NCBI GenBank assembly: GCA_050287085.1
Contig: JBNKBE010000011.1
Coordinates: 1-64,000 of the forward strand
Source of the DNA: Polyangiaceae bacterium
GTDB taxonomy: Bacteria > Myxococcota_A > Polyangia > Polyangiales > Polyangiaceae
Direction of reading: 5' to 3'
DNA length: 64,000 bases
Positions 1 through 8,567 of this stretch are shown here, one piece after another (positions within the stretch are counted from its first letter, which is position 1; each line of letters opens with the position of its first letter). Under the pieces are notes generated by a model that ran no database searches, was not told where the DNA came from, and worked only from the letters and a program-made list of their open reading frames with translations. The translations under genes and the position numbers were made by a program.

Positions 1-35
1 CGCTTTCCTGCATTTGGCACCGTAGACTCGGCGCC

Positions 36-548
36 ATGCTCTGGAAGCGAGTGCTCCTGTCGTGGATGACTCTGCTGGCGCTCGTGTTTGCTTCGGCAGG
101 CGCGTCTGCGCGAGCTGATGTCAGCCCGAAACCTCACGTCGGGACCATCGACGTGACTGCAGCCATCTGCATCGAGGCCCACGGCCTTGCAAGTGCTGAA
201 GGGCACCAGGGAAATTGGGATGCGGCTCCGACGGGCACGTCGGATGTCCCTCATGCCGCAAAGGGTGCGGCGGGCGTCGTGCATCCAGCTCTGAAGCTCC
301 CTGGTGCCGCCAACACGGTGAACCACATATTCGGAAAGGCAGCCCACCATCTTGGAGGCCTTGTCACACGGTTTGGCTCGCCGGAAGCTGCGTACACTGC
401 GTTGTACGACGCGACAAGTGCGGCCGTCAGGGCTCAAGGAACGACAGGCCTATTCCAGACGGCTGTGAAGGTGGCCGGGGAAACGGTGACGGTCCGGGGC
501 AACGTGATCGACGGAGTTGTCCGGATCAGCACTGCATTCATTCCCTAG
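36..548 (+). CDS. Signal-peptide protein with polymorphic-toxin-like C-terminal domain (putative nuclease toxin)
   Basis: Sec-type signal (MLWKRVLLSWMTLLALVFASAGASA), linker ending AAKG, then a ~90-aa domain NHIFG...VTVRGNVIDGVVRISTAFIP resembling Rhs/CdiA-type toxin tips; small gene 14 bp downstream. Confidence 0.6.
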   Translation: MLWKRVLLSWMTLLALVFASAGASARADVSPKPHVGTIDVTAAICIEAHGLASAEGHQGNWDAAPTGTSDVPHAAKGAAGVVHPALKLPGAANTVNHIFGKAAHHLGGLVTRFGSPEAAYTALYDATSAAVRAQGTTGLFQTAVKVAGETVTVRGNVIDGVVRISTAFIP

Positions 549-562
549 CGTGGAGGTCGGAA

Positions 563-949
563 GTGAGTACGCTGAATGATTTGGAACAGGCCGTTCTTGA
601 CAAGCTTCTTGTCGGGGACGAACCAGGCTTGGCTTGTTTGCGAGCGCAGCAGGAGCGAATGCGTGTAGCAAAGCGCGAGTACTCTGGAGTTGGCTTTTTT
701 ACAGAGTTCACGCACCCTCCCGATGCTCCGCGCCTTCAGGGGGCAAGGAGCATCAGATTTGGTGACGTATTGGCAGACATCAGCGGACTGGACCATGGTG
801 CAGGTTTCTTGTTGTTCATTGATGGCGGTTTGATCACCATGCTGGAGGGCTACACCAATTCGAACGAGCCTTGGCCCGCGTCCGTTGAGGCGTTCGAACT
901 TCGATACTGGGAGCCAAGACGCGACTTGTCCGCCTTTCGAGAGGCGTAG
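563..949 (+). CDS. Putative immunity protein (128 aa)
   Basis: GGAGG at 552-556 then GTG at 563, in the frame of ORF 215..949; motifs REYSGVGFFTEF and HGAGFLLFIDGGLITMLEGYT..EPWP; directly follows the toxin-like gene. Confidence 0.55.
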   Translation: MSTLNDLEQAVLDKLLVGDEPGLACLRAQQERMRVAKREYSGVGFFTEFTHPPDAPRLQGARSIRFGDVLADISGLDHGAGFLLFIDGGLITMLEGYTNSNEPWPASVEAFELRYWEPRRDLSAFREA

Positions 950-1091
950 TGGCGAGGCAATTTCTGCTCGGGGCCTTGCCTTTCAGAACCCGCGCGGCGG
1001 GCGTGGCGCCGCGCGGGTGGTCCGTCCAGTGTGGGGGTGGGCGGGCCAGCGGACCGCGTCGAGAAGCGTTTGCCCCGGCCGAGCGGGCCGA

Positions 1092-1121
1092 AGTTAACAT
1101 AACCCACTGGTTATGTTGAGC
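1092..1121. other. Tyrosine-recombinase (Xer/dif- or RIT-like) core site
   Basis: AGTTAACATAA-CCCACTGG-TTATGTTGAGC; left arm matches the reverse complement of the E. coli XerD arm TTATGTTAAAT at 10/11; perfect 9-bp inverted repeat AACATAACC/GGTTATGTT. Confidence 0.55.
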
Positions 1122-1234
1122 GAGCGAGGGAAGCCGGAGGCGCAGGGCTTGCGGGCGGCAGCCTCTCTGCGCGCCGTCAGCATCACCGCCACTCGAGACC
1201 GAGCAAGCCCTGTGCTGCAGGCCGCTTTGCATAG

Positions 1235-1477
1235 CGCCGGCTCAGGCCTGTGGCTTCCGGGAGAAAGTCCTGGCTGTTTGCGGGGTCCGAGTCGGGCGCC
1301 AATCGCTTCGCCGACACCCTCTCCCTCGTCTCCACCGCTGACGCAGCTGGCCTCAACCCGGGCAGCTACATCGCCGACATCCTGCCCCGCATCGACGCTT
1401 AGCCCAACGCCAGGAGCCGCGAGTTGCTTCCCCACCTCTGGGCCATCGGCGAAGAACACGAGCAAGCCCTCGAGTAG
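1235..1477 (+). pseudogene. IS66-family transposase (TnpC) C-terminal fragment
   Basis: Manual translation RRLRPVASGRKSWLFAGSESGANRFA...GLNPGSYIADILPRIDA*PNARSRELLPHLW; RKxWLFAGS and ELLP are IS66 TnpC motifs; in-frame TAG at 1400-1402; no 5' part. Confidence 0.85.
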
Positions 1478-1571
1478 TCCCCCGCAGCTCAGGTCCTCAC
1501 AACTCGTAGTCACCCCCTCGAATTACCACCCGCCTCCGCGAACGGACAGATGCCCTCTACGGGATACTTAC
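1235..1571 (+). mobile_element. Truncated IS66 element, right end only
   Basis: TnpC tail followed by ...CTACGGGATACTTAC ending at 1571 (GTAAG on the minus strand, typical IS66 terminal repeat start). Confidence 0.7.
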
Positions 1572-1804
1572 AGACGAGCAGCCTCAGGTTGCGCAAAAAC
1601 TCACTCAGCTCGGTCGCGTCGTGCACGAACCGAAGCTGAGTGGGAGCAGTCACGGGCACCAGCGTAGACCTGCCCGTCGGCTTGGTCCAGATTCACAACA
1701 TTTCGCGATGTGCAGCGTTTCCAGATTCACATTGTCGTTGTCCCACGTCTGAACCGGCACAGCTTGGGAGCCAGCGCGACGATCCAGCGATGGGAAAGTG
1801 GGAG

Positions 1805-2206
1805 CTAACAACTGGGCGGATTCGATATGCCCGCGCTCTCGAGTGCCCGGCGAACGATGGCCGATATCGATGAGGGTCCCTGGAAAGGCTGCATGGGAGC
1901 CTGCGCGATCAAGAACAGGCGCGAAGACACGGCTCGCTCGAACACGCCGCGATTTGGCTCGCAGCGACACCGCCGCAGATGCGCCCGGAATCGGCGAAGC
2001 GTCTTCTGGTCCCACGACGCCACATCGGCACCGCCGCGACCCGCCCATCGCCCGAAGTGGGTTACGGGCCGAACGAACTTACGAACGCCACGCGCGGAGT
2101 AGCCGCGCGCGACAAGCGTCTTGATGAATCCATCGAGGTAGGGGCCGACGCAGCTCGAGCGCATCTGCGCCAAGTGTCACGGCATTGTGAAGTAGTTGCT
2201 GAGCAT
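1805..2206 (-). pseudogene. RitA-like tyrosine recombinase remnant, internally deleted
   Basis: AGGAGG RBS, ATG at 2206: MLSNYFTMP*HLAQMRSSCVGPYLDGFIKTLVARGYS...HFGRW joined directly to a C-terminal piece RLFLIAQAPMQPF..SSISAIVRRALESAGI; stop at codon 10; catalytic HxxR and Tyr absent. Confidence 0.75.
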
Positions 2207-2344
2207 GAACGCCTCCTTTTGGACCGCCGACATGACGGTCTCCGCGGAGGCGCATGATCATGTGGAGCAGTTCGTGCCCGCGAGGCCGTCACTCCCCTCG
2301 TTCACCAAGTGAATACCCACTCGGCGAACGTCGCAGCCGCTCAG

Positions 2345-2372
2345 CTCTGCATAACGATAGGCTCGGCATAAC
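2345..2372 (-). mobile_element. RIT-element-like terminal repeat
   Basis: Minus strand GTTATGCCGAGCCTATCGTTATGCAGAG: two direct TTATGC(C/A)GAG boxes upstream of the integrase remnant. Confidence 0.6.
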
Positions 2373-2616
2373 TGTGGCACTGCCTGGGGGCGTGTCAGAC
2401 GGGAGGGGGGAGCGTGGTGGACTGGGTGATGAAGACGGAGACGGTGAGCTTCCGGCTTGTGATGGATTCAGGTTAGCCATCGTGGTGGAAACGACCATAG
2501 TCAATGCCTCCTAGAAACAGATGACTGCGCGCGGCTGAATGCGGACGGCAGTCCACACATCACCTCGCGCACGCTTGGTCACGAGAGAGGCTCCATTCTC
2601 GGCGCGGATCGCCCCC

Positions 2617-3360
2617 CTATAACCCCGGGAGCTCGCCCCCCAGTTCCTCTATGTAGCGGTCGTACGCGGCAATGGCGGGTGCGCTCCGCGCCAACTGCCG
2701 CCAACGCGCCACGGCTTCCAGGTCGTTGAGAGCCCGCTGATAGCGCTGCAGATCTGCGGGCAGAACGACGCCGTAGGTTTCGAAGCGCGTCATGACGGGA
2801 AAGTACATCGCGTCTGCTATGCCAAAGGCGCCGAATAGGAACGGTCCCCCGGAAGCCTGAAGCGCCTGACTCAACAGCTCAAATACGCGGTCGATCTCGA
2901 AACGCGTCGGACCGTCGGGCTCGAAGCCGGGAACTCGGGCAAAAACGTGGCAGCTCATACTCTGTCGCAAAGAATTGAAGTTGCTCGCCATCTCCGCTGA
3001 AAGCGCCCGTGCCTGGGCGCGAGCCAGGGTCGACTCCGGCCAAAGCCTCGCTTCGGGATATTGCTCCGCGACCCACTCGCAGATAGCCAAGGCCTCATGG
3101 ATAGGTTCACCCCCCACGCTAAGCACCGGGAAGTAGCCCGTCACACTGCCGAGCGCCCGCCGCTGAGCCAAGCGTTCTGCAGCCCACTGGGCGTAGTTTC
3201 CACTGGCCGCCTCCGGCTGATCTTGGCGTGACAGGTCCAAGGTCACGGTCTCAATCTTCACCGGTGCCCCCACGTGCAGGAGCGGCAGAAGGGCGCGAAT
3301 AGACCAAGACGAATAACGCAACGAGAGTACGTAAAGAATCAGCTCCGCCATGGCCGGCAT
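2617..3360 (-). CDS. Glutathione S-transferase family protein
   Basis: YSSWSIR, PVL...IHEALAICEWVAE, GPFLFGAFGIADAMYFPV. Confidence 0.9.
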   Translation of the reverse strand: MPAMAELILYVLSLRYSSWSIRALLPLLHVGAPVKIETVTLDLSRQDQPEAASGNYAQWAAERLAQRRALGSVTGYFPVLSVGGEPIHEALAICEWVAEQYPEARLWPESTLARAQARALSAEMASNFNSLRQSMSCHVFARVPGFEPDGPTRFEIDRVFELLSQALQASGGPFLFGAFGIADAMYFPVMTRFETYGVVLPADLQRYQRALNDLEAVARWRQLARSAPAIAAYDRYIEELGGELPGL

Positions 3361-3425
3361 ATTAGCAAGGCGATCGGGCCACGCCAGACTTTGGCCCCAT
3401 TGCTACGTCGACAGCGCGAAATCGT

Positions 3426-4283
3426 TCAGCGTCCCGGAGGACCTACCAGCCAATAGAATGCCAGCGTGATGAGCGCGTTGAACAAGACACAAACCAGCAT
3501 GGTGTACACCACCGCTTGACTGGCGCGCCGCGGGACCTCCGTGGGGGAGGAGCGCACTTGAAGTCCGAAGTGACAGCTTAGCCAGCCCACCAACACCCCC
3601 AGTCCACCGCTCTTGATCAAGAACAACGGCAGATCCCCTGGGCGCAGCGCATTAACAACACCGCTCTGCATGCCTTCGAAGGCTACTCCGCCCAGCACCA
3701 GCGCGGATATCCAGCCGCCGATGACCGCCAGGGCCCCGAAATACACGGTCAAGACCACCACGCTGACGACCGTCCCCACCAGCCGCGGAAAGACAACAAA
3801 GCGGCTCGGGTCAATGCCAAGCGAAAGCAGCGCCAGCACCTCCTGATTGGCCCGCATGTTGCCCAATTCTGTCGCGATCGCAGTCCCCGAACGACCCGCG
3901 ATGACAACAGCGGTCGTCAGCGGCGCGATCTCGCGCAAGACCACCAATACCAAGACAGTGCCCAGCACGTCCGCCGGTAGCGCTATAGCCAGCTGCGCCT
4001 GAAGCACCATCGTAGCCCCAACCACCAGCGCCACCACGCTGACGAGGGGCAGCGCTTCGAAACCGGTGAAGAAGACCTGTCGTACCGCGATGCGCCAAGA
4101 AACCTCCCGCGCCGCCACGCCGGGCCGCAGTGGCGCGGTCAACGCCCCCGTCAGGGTACGCAGCAGCTCGCGGAGGAAACGCTGCGAAGACAGCGTCTCG
4201 GCGCCAAGCCGGGTCACAAGACCTTGCCGCTCCTCACCTGGACGTTGGGGAAACATCGTGAAGGGGGGATCGGTCTGAGACAT
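3426..4283 (-). CDS. mlaE: MlaE-family ABC transporter permease
   Basis: REIAPLTTAVVIAGRSGTAIATELGNMRANQEVLAL...GIDP.RFVVFPR. Confidence 0.9.
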   Translation of the reverse strand: MSQTDPPFTMFPQRPGEERQGLVTRLGAETLSSQRFLRELLRTLTGALTAPLRPGVAAREVSWRIAVRQVFFTGFEALPLVSVVALVVGATMVLQAQLAIALPADVLGTVLVLVVLREIAPLTTAVVIAGRSGTAIATELGNMRANQEVLALLSLGIDPSRFVVFPRLVGTVVSVVVLTVYFGALAVIGGWISALVLGGVAFEGMQSGVVNALRPGDLPLFLIKSGGLGVLVGWLSCHFGLQVRSSPTEVPRRASQAVVYTMLVCVLFNALITLAFYWLVGPPGR

Positions 4284-4375
4284 GCTTCTGTTTGAGCCAC
4301 GAACTGAAGCTGCGCAACTCGATTATGCTCTTGAACGGAAGCTCGCTCCCGCTCCTGCCTGGGCCCCAAGGTATC

Positions 4376-5485
4376 CTAGGACCGGGATAGCCCAAACCAG
4401 GCGCCAACACATGCCAGCGCGAAGGCCAAAGGCGCTACCGCAACCACAAATACCAGCGTTGCGGGGGCCGTGAAGGAGAGCAATGCAACCACGAAAGCAA
4501 GCGCCAGGGCGGCGCCAAGGGCAGGTTCGATGACGCTGTGGGTACCGCTCGCGCGCGCCACCAAGAATGCCGAAACCGGAAAGGCGAGCACCGTCGCCAT
4601 TCCAATCAGCGCGAGCGGTCCGTTGGCGAGCAGGGTATCTTCGTCCGCCAGCGCGAAATCGATGCCGAGCTGATAGCCGAGCACTACAGCCCCCGCGACC
4701 GAGACCAAGACCACCCCCGTGGTCACAAATGCCCCAAAGAGGATCCAGTGCAAAGGCAAACGACGACGCCGCGCCCGCACGAGAGCAAGCAGGAGCTCCG
4801 CGCTGGGGCCGTCAGCGTGCTCGACGCCTTCGCGGTCCTGCCGCGCAAATTGAAGGAGCCGCCGACGACTCAAGTACAGCAGGCCCAGGCTCGTAGCCAA
4901 CAAGGGCAAAGCTGCAGCCAGCGTCCCGGGCCCGGAATGGGTCACGATGTGCAGATACAATCCGTGCAGCGCAGTCGACGACAGCCACACTGCTCTTAGC
5001 CAGGTGTATCGTAGCGGGGACGCCAACACGAAGGCCCACGCGCAGGAGAAAACCAGCTGTCCAAGCTCAGCAAGCGCTCCGCGCAGCCAGATGTTGTCCG
5101 CGTAGAGCTCTGGCCGCATCCACACGTCTACACACGCGTAGCCGGCACTCATCAGGACCGAGGCTACCACCGCACCCCAGGAGGAAAGAATGCGCCCTCG
5201 CCACACGAGCCCGGCCAGCGCAAGCAGCTTCAGGCCTTCGAATGCGGGAGCCACAAGCGCTAGATGTACGGCCAATGAGGTAGCCGCATTGGAGTGTATC
5301 GAAGCCAGGTCGATATTCACGACGGCCCAAACCCAATGCGTAAGCCATTGACTGAGCTGCGCCGACAGCGCCCCCAGCAGCACAAGCAATAGCCAGATCG
5401 ACGGGCGTACGGTGAGCTGTGAACGAAAGCGAAACCAGAGTCCGAGGGCGAAGCCCAAGGCCATCGCTAGCCAAAAAAACGACAC
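4376..5485 (-). CDS. PrsW-like multi-pass membrane protein, motifs degenerate
   Basis: Many hydrophobic segments; APAFEGLK and LHGLY at positions of PrsW motifs. Confidence 0.55.
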   Translation of the reverse strand: MSFFWLAMALGFALGLWFRFRSQLTVRPSIWLLLVLLGALSAQLSQWLTHWVWAVVNIDLASIHSNAATSLAVHLALVAPAFEGLKLLALAGLVWRGRILSSWGAVVASVLMSAGYACVDVWMRPELYADNIWLRGALAELGQLVFSCAWAFVLASPLRYTWLRAVWLSSTALHGLYLHIVTHSGPGTLAAALPLLATSLGLLYLSRRRLLQFARQDREGVEHADGPSAELLLALVRARRRRLPLHWILFGAFVTTGVVLVSVAGAVVLGYQLGIDFALADEDTLLANGPLALIGMATVLAFPVSAFLVARASGTHSVIEPALGAALALAFVVALLSFTAPATLVFVVAVAPLAFALACVGAWFGLSRS

Positions 5486-5563
5486 AGTTCACCCGAGTTC
5501 AAGAAAAGTCACTCTCTGCAGGCCGTGAGCCAACGAGCCAGGCTGCCTGTGCTCGCCCCTAAC

Positions 5564-6376
5564 CTAGTAGTGAAGCCCCAGCACCAGTGCGGAGTGCAGT
5601 GCAAGCGCCGTTGCGCTGCCCTTCTGCCCATAGAATCCGCCGCCCGACGTCGGATCACGGGTCAGCCACGAAGTTGCACCTTCCAGGCGAGCTCCGACCG
5701 AAAAGACCGGCGTCACGAAGAAGTCGAAACCAGCTGCCGCGCTTGCCCCCAGGCCGGTCGCCACCGCGTCTGTGCCCGAGAACGAAACTAGGCGCGCATA
5801 GTGAACTCCCACGCTGGCGTAGGGTTCGAAGCGCCCCCACGGAATGCGGTACCCCAGCTCACCGCCATAGTGCCACAGGTCGAAACGATTCAGCGGAGCG
5901 TAGCGAACGCGCGCGCCAAGCGTAAAGAAGAGGAGCCTTGCGCCAGCCGCCACGCCCAGCGAGAAGCCGTGGCCACTGCTGTAGTTCTCGTCGAGGAAGT
6001 GCTCCGAGCCCAGAGTTTCCAGCCCCAGCCACTGGTAGCCGAGCTCCGGCTCCAACCACAAATACTGCAGGCCCCGCCCAGAGTCCTCACGCTCAGCCCG
6101 CTCGAGCTCGCGGCGCGTCTCTTGCTCAGCCTGAGAGCCGTCTCCTCTCGGGATCTCGGGTTCGGCCAGGGGCGGCGGCGGCTGCAATCCCCCCGGCGTC
6201 GAAAGCGGCACCTGGGCCAGCGCCGCACCGGGAAGCAGCGCTGCGCCCAAGAACAGCGCTGCGCCCAAGAGCAGCGCCGCAAGCCGCGTCGCCCCAGAGA
6301 ACAACGCTGACGCCAAAGACCCCGTGGCCCCAAGCCCTATGGGCATCAAAAATCCGGCTCTTGACCGCGTCATCAT
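5564..6376 (-). CDS. Exported outer-membrane beta-barrel-like protein
   Basis: Signal peptide, Pro-rich linker, amphipathic strands, C-terminal LVLGLHY. Confidence 0.65.
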   Translation of the reverse strand: MMTRSRAGFLMPIGLGATGSLASALFSGATRLAALLLGAALFLGAALLPGAALAQVPLSTPGGLQPPPPLAEPEIPRGDGSQAEQETRRELERAEREDSGRGLQYLWLEPELGYQWLGLETLGSEHFLDENYSSGHGFSLGVAAGARLLFFTLGARVRYAPLNRFDLWHYGGELGYRIPWGRFEPYASVGVHYARLVSFSGTDAVATGLGASAAAGFDFFVTPVFSVGARLEGATSWLTRDPTSGGGFYGQKGSATALALHSALVLGLHY

Positions 6377-6380
6377 CGTC

Positions 6381-7256
6381 TTACTCGTCCCGGACGGGCA
6401 CTCGCGTCAAGAGCCTAGCGTCCCCCAAAGCTGTCTCAAGTTCTGAAGGCCCCGCTCTCGTTGCCCCCTGGTAACGCAGGGCCGACAGCTCCTCATCCAG
6501 CGGGACGTCGCGACGCAAAGTGGCCAGTTGCTTGTACAATGCAGCCGCTTCTCGATGCTCGGCGAGCTGCTCGGCCAAGCCTTTGGCGCCGCGAACAGAT
6601 ATATCCCAGAGCTCGGCTCGCGGCGGAATCTCTTCCAACGAGGTATAGCGAGCCAACACCTGGGCTGCGCTCTTTTTCCCCCAGCGAGGAACCCCAGGAA
6701 TGCCATCAGCGCTATCGCCGACCAACGCGAGGTAATCGGGGATCGAGCCCGGCTCCACCCCGAACTTCTCCACCACCTGCGCTGCTTTCATGCGCTGATC
6801 GCGAATCCGATCCCAGAGCACCACCTTGGGCTCTACAGCACATTGGCATAGATCTTTGTCGGGCGAGCAAATCACCACTTCTTCCACGGCGGGCTCCGCG
6901 GCAAAACGTTGGGCGGCGCTGGCCAAGGCATCGTCCGCCTCGAACTCGACCATCGGCCACGCCACGATCCCCAAGGCCCGCGTGACTTGTTCAACCAACG
7001 GAAATTGCGAGAACAATGCCGGCTCGATCCCCTCCCCCGTCTTGTACCCGGGGTAGAGCCGATTGCGAAACGACTCGATCACGTGATCGAAAGCAACCGC
7101 TACGTGGGTCACGTCCTCGGCATTCGTGAGCGCCAGCATGCTGCGCGCAAACCCGCGGGCGGCCCCAACTTCCCTTCCGTCGGGGAGAGACACAGCGGGA
7201 GCGCTGTAATAGGCCCGAAAGAGCTCGAACGTGCCGTCGACCAGGTGAACCTTCAC
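6381..7256 (-). CDS. Stand-alone 5'-3' exonuclease / flap endonuclease
   Basis: GTG at 7256; HLVDGTFELFRAY, FRNRLYPGYK, EADD, SPDKDL, LVGDSADGIPGVPRWGKKSA. Confidence 0.92.
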   Translation of the reverse strand: MKVHLVDGTFELFRAYYSAPAVSLPDGREVGAARGFARSMLALTNAEDVTHVAVAFDHVIESFRNRLYPGYKTGEGIEPALFSQFPLVEQVTRALGIVAWPMVEFEADDALASAAQRFAAEPAVEEVVICSPDKDLCQCAVEPKVVLWDRIRDQRMKAAQVVEKFGVEPGSIPDYLALVGDSADGIPGVPRWGKKSAAQVLARYTSLEEIPPRAELWDISVRGAKGLAEQLAEHREAAALYKQLATLRRDVPLDEELSALRYQGATRAGPSELETALGDARLLTRVPVRDE

Positions 7257-7370
7257 AGCGCCCAGTTGTAGCGGACAGTTGAGGCGCTGACGATACCAAT
7301 TGACCAGCCGGACGCGCAAACTAGAAGGTGCCTTCCGCCGCATTGCCCGAGTCCCAGCCAGAGCGTAGCT

Positions 7371-7844
7371 TTGCGCCCTATCATGCGCTTGCGTAGCACC
7401 ACTCCTATCCCGCAGCACAACGTCAGCCACCGCCTTGCCGCGGCAAGCTTGCCCGCTGGCAACAACACCCCCTCGGGGGACGACGCCGCGCCCGGTCAGC
7501 GCGTTCGGGTTGGGCTGGCTCTGCTCGTCGCGGCGCTGGTATCGGGTCCTGGCTGCACGATCATCACCGATGTCGATCGCAGCCAGATCACGGAGTCGGC
7601 GCCGGGCGACGACGACATGCAAAGCGACGACGAGAGCAAAGACGCCGCGACAAAAGCAGACGCCAAGGCCAAGCCGCCGGCAATGCCAACGCGGGACGCA
7701 GCCCCACCCGATGCGTCGTCGGCACGGGACGCCGCCTCGCCCGCTCACGACGCCGCAACGCCGGGCGACGCCGCAACGTCGGGCGACGCTGCAGCCAGCG
7801 ACGCCGCACCGGATGCAACCAGCGACGCCACCGTCAAGGGCTAG
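7371..7844 (+). CDS. Low-complexity lipoprotein with DAA repeats (start uncertain)
   Basis: Hydrophobic stretch ending GC, then TIITDVDRSQI and repeated DAAxP/G units. Confidence 0.6.
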   Translation: MRPIMRLRSTTPIPQHNVSHRLAAASLPAGNNTPSGDDAAPGQRVRVGLALLVAALVSGPGCTIITDVDRSQITESAPGDDDMQSDDESKDAATKADAKAKPPAMPTRDAAPPDASSARDAASPAHDAATPGDAATSGDAAASDAAPDATSDATVKG

Positions 7845-7916
7845 TACGTTGCCCGGGGCAAGCTGGGTTTTGCGTCCACGCTATGCGGCCAGAAGCGTCA
7901 CCCCCAGCCGCGCGAC

Positions 7917-8465
7917 CTAACCGCGACCTAGCCGCCGGCGACGGCACAACCCAAGGCCCATCGCCAAGGCAAGAGCTGCAAACGTGGCCACGCCGCGCTG
8001 GGACTCAGGAACGGAAGCCCCCGCGATCCGCCCCGTACAACCAAACTCCGATTCGGGACCCAGGTAAGGGCTATAACAGCCAGCGGTCGAACAACTCTTA
8101 TCGTTTGGATCGCTCCCGAGGTTGAGCTCCTCCACATCGGCCACGCCATCCCCGTCACTATCGGTGCCTGCCGCGCTCAGCTGGGCCAGCGCGGCACGCA
8201 GTGGATCGAGCTGCCCCGCGCCCAGCGTATTGCCGGTGGCCTTCAGACTCGCCACAAACGGGGTCACTGTCGCGTCGCCGCCCGCCTTGCTCGCGTGACA
8301 AAGCTCACACTGACCAAGCCAGGCCCCCTGGTACACAAATGCGGCACCCGGCATAGACGCTTCGGGGGCGGCTAGAAATTCCAAATACGCCTGACTCGCT
8401 TCAACTCGGGCCGGCAGCAGCAGCGCCCCCACAAGGGCACCCAATATCGTCAAGCTTGTTCGCAT
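7917..8465 (-). CDS. Monoheme c protein with thrombospondin-3-like Ca repeat and MYXO-CTERM-like anchor
   Basis: Signal peptide, CELCH, DSDGDGVADVEELNLGSDPND, C-terminal GC...hydrophobic helix...RRRR. Confidence 0.8.
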   Translation of the reverse strand: MRTSLTILGALVGALLLPARVEASQAYLEFLAAPEASMPGAAFVYQGAWLGQCELCHASKAGGDATVTPFVASLKATGNTLGAGQLDPLRAALAQLSAAGTDSDGDGVADVEELNLGSDPNDKSCSTAGCYSPYLGPESEFGCTGRIAGASVPESQRGVATFAALALAMGLGLCRRRRLGRG

Positions 8466-8567
8466 CGTTAAGAACCCCGGAGATGGCAGTCAGGTAGAGC
8501 GGCACGGTCTGCCGCCTCGTAAAAGGGCAACGCGCACGCTCCGGCAGACGGCTCGCGCGCAGCAGAG

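Noticed and set aside
215..562. N-terminal half of ORF 215..949
   Set aside because: Overlaps gene 36..548 in another frame; RBS and GTG at 563 give a better start
1094..1667. ORFs 1094..1513 (-) and 1113..1667 (+)
   Set aside because: Alternative frames over the IS66 remnant
1092..2372. An intact mobile element
   Set aside because: Both recombinase and transposase are truncated and contain stops
7257..7748. Long N-terminal extension of the 5'-3' exonuclease
   Set aside because: Antisense to the lipoprotein gene; the family starts at VHLVDG
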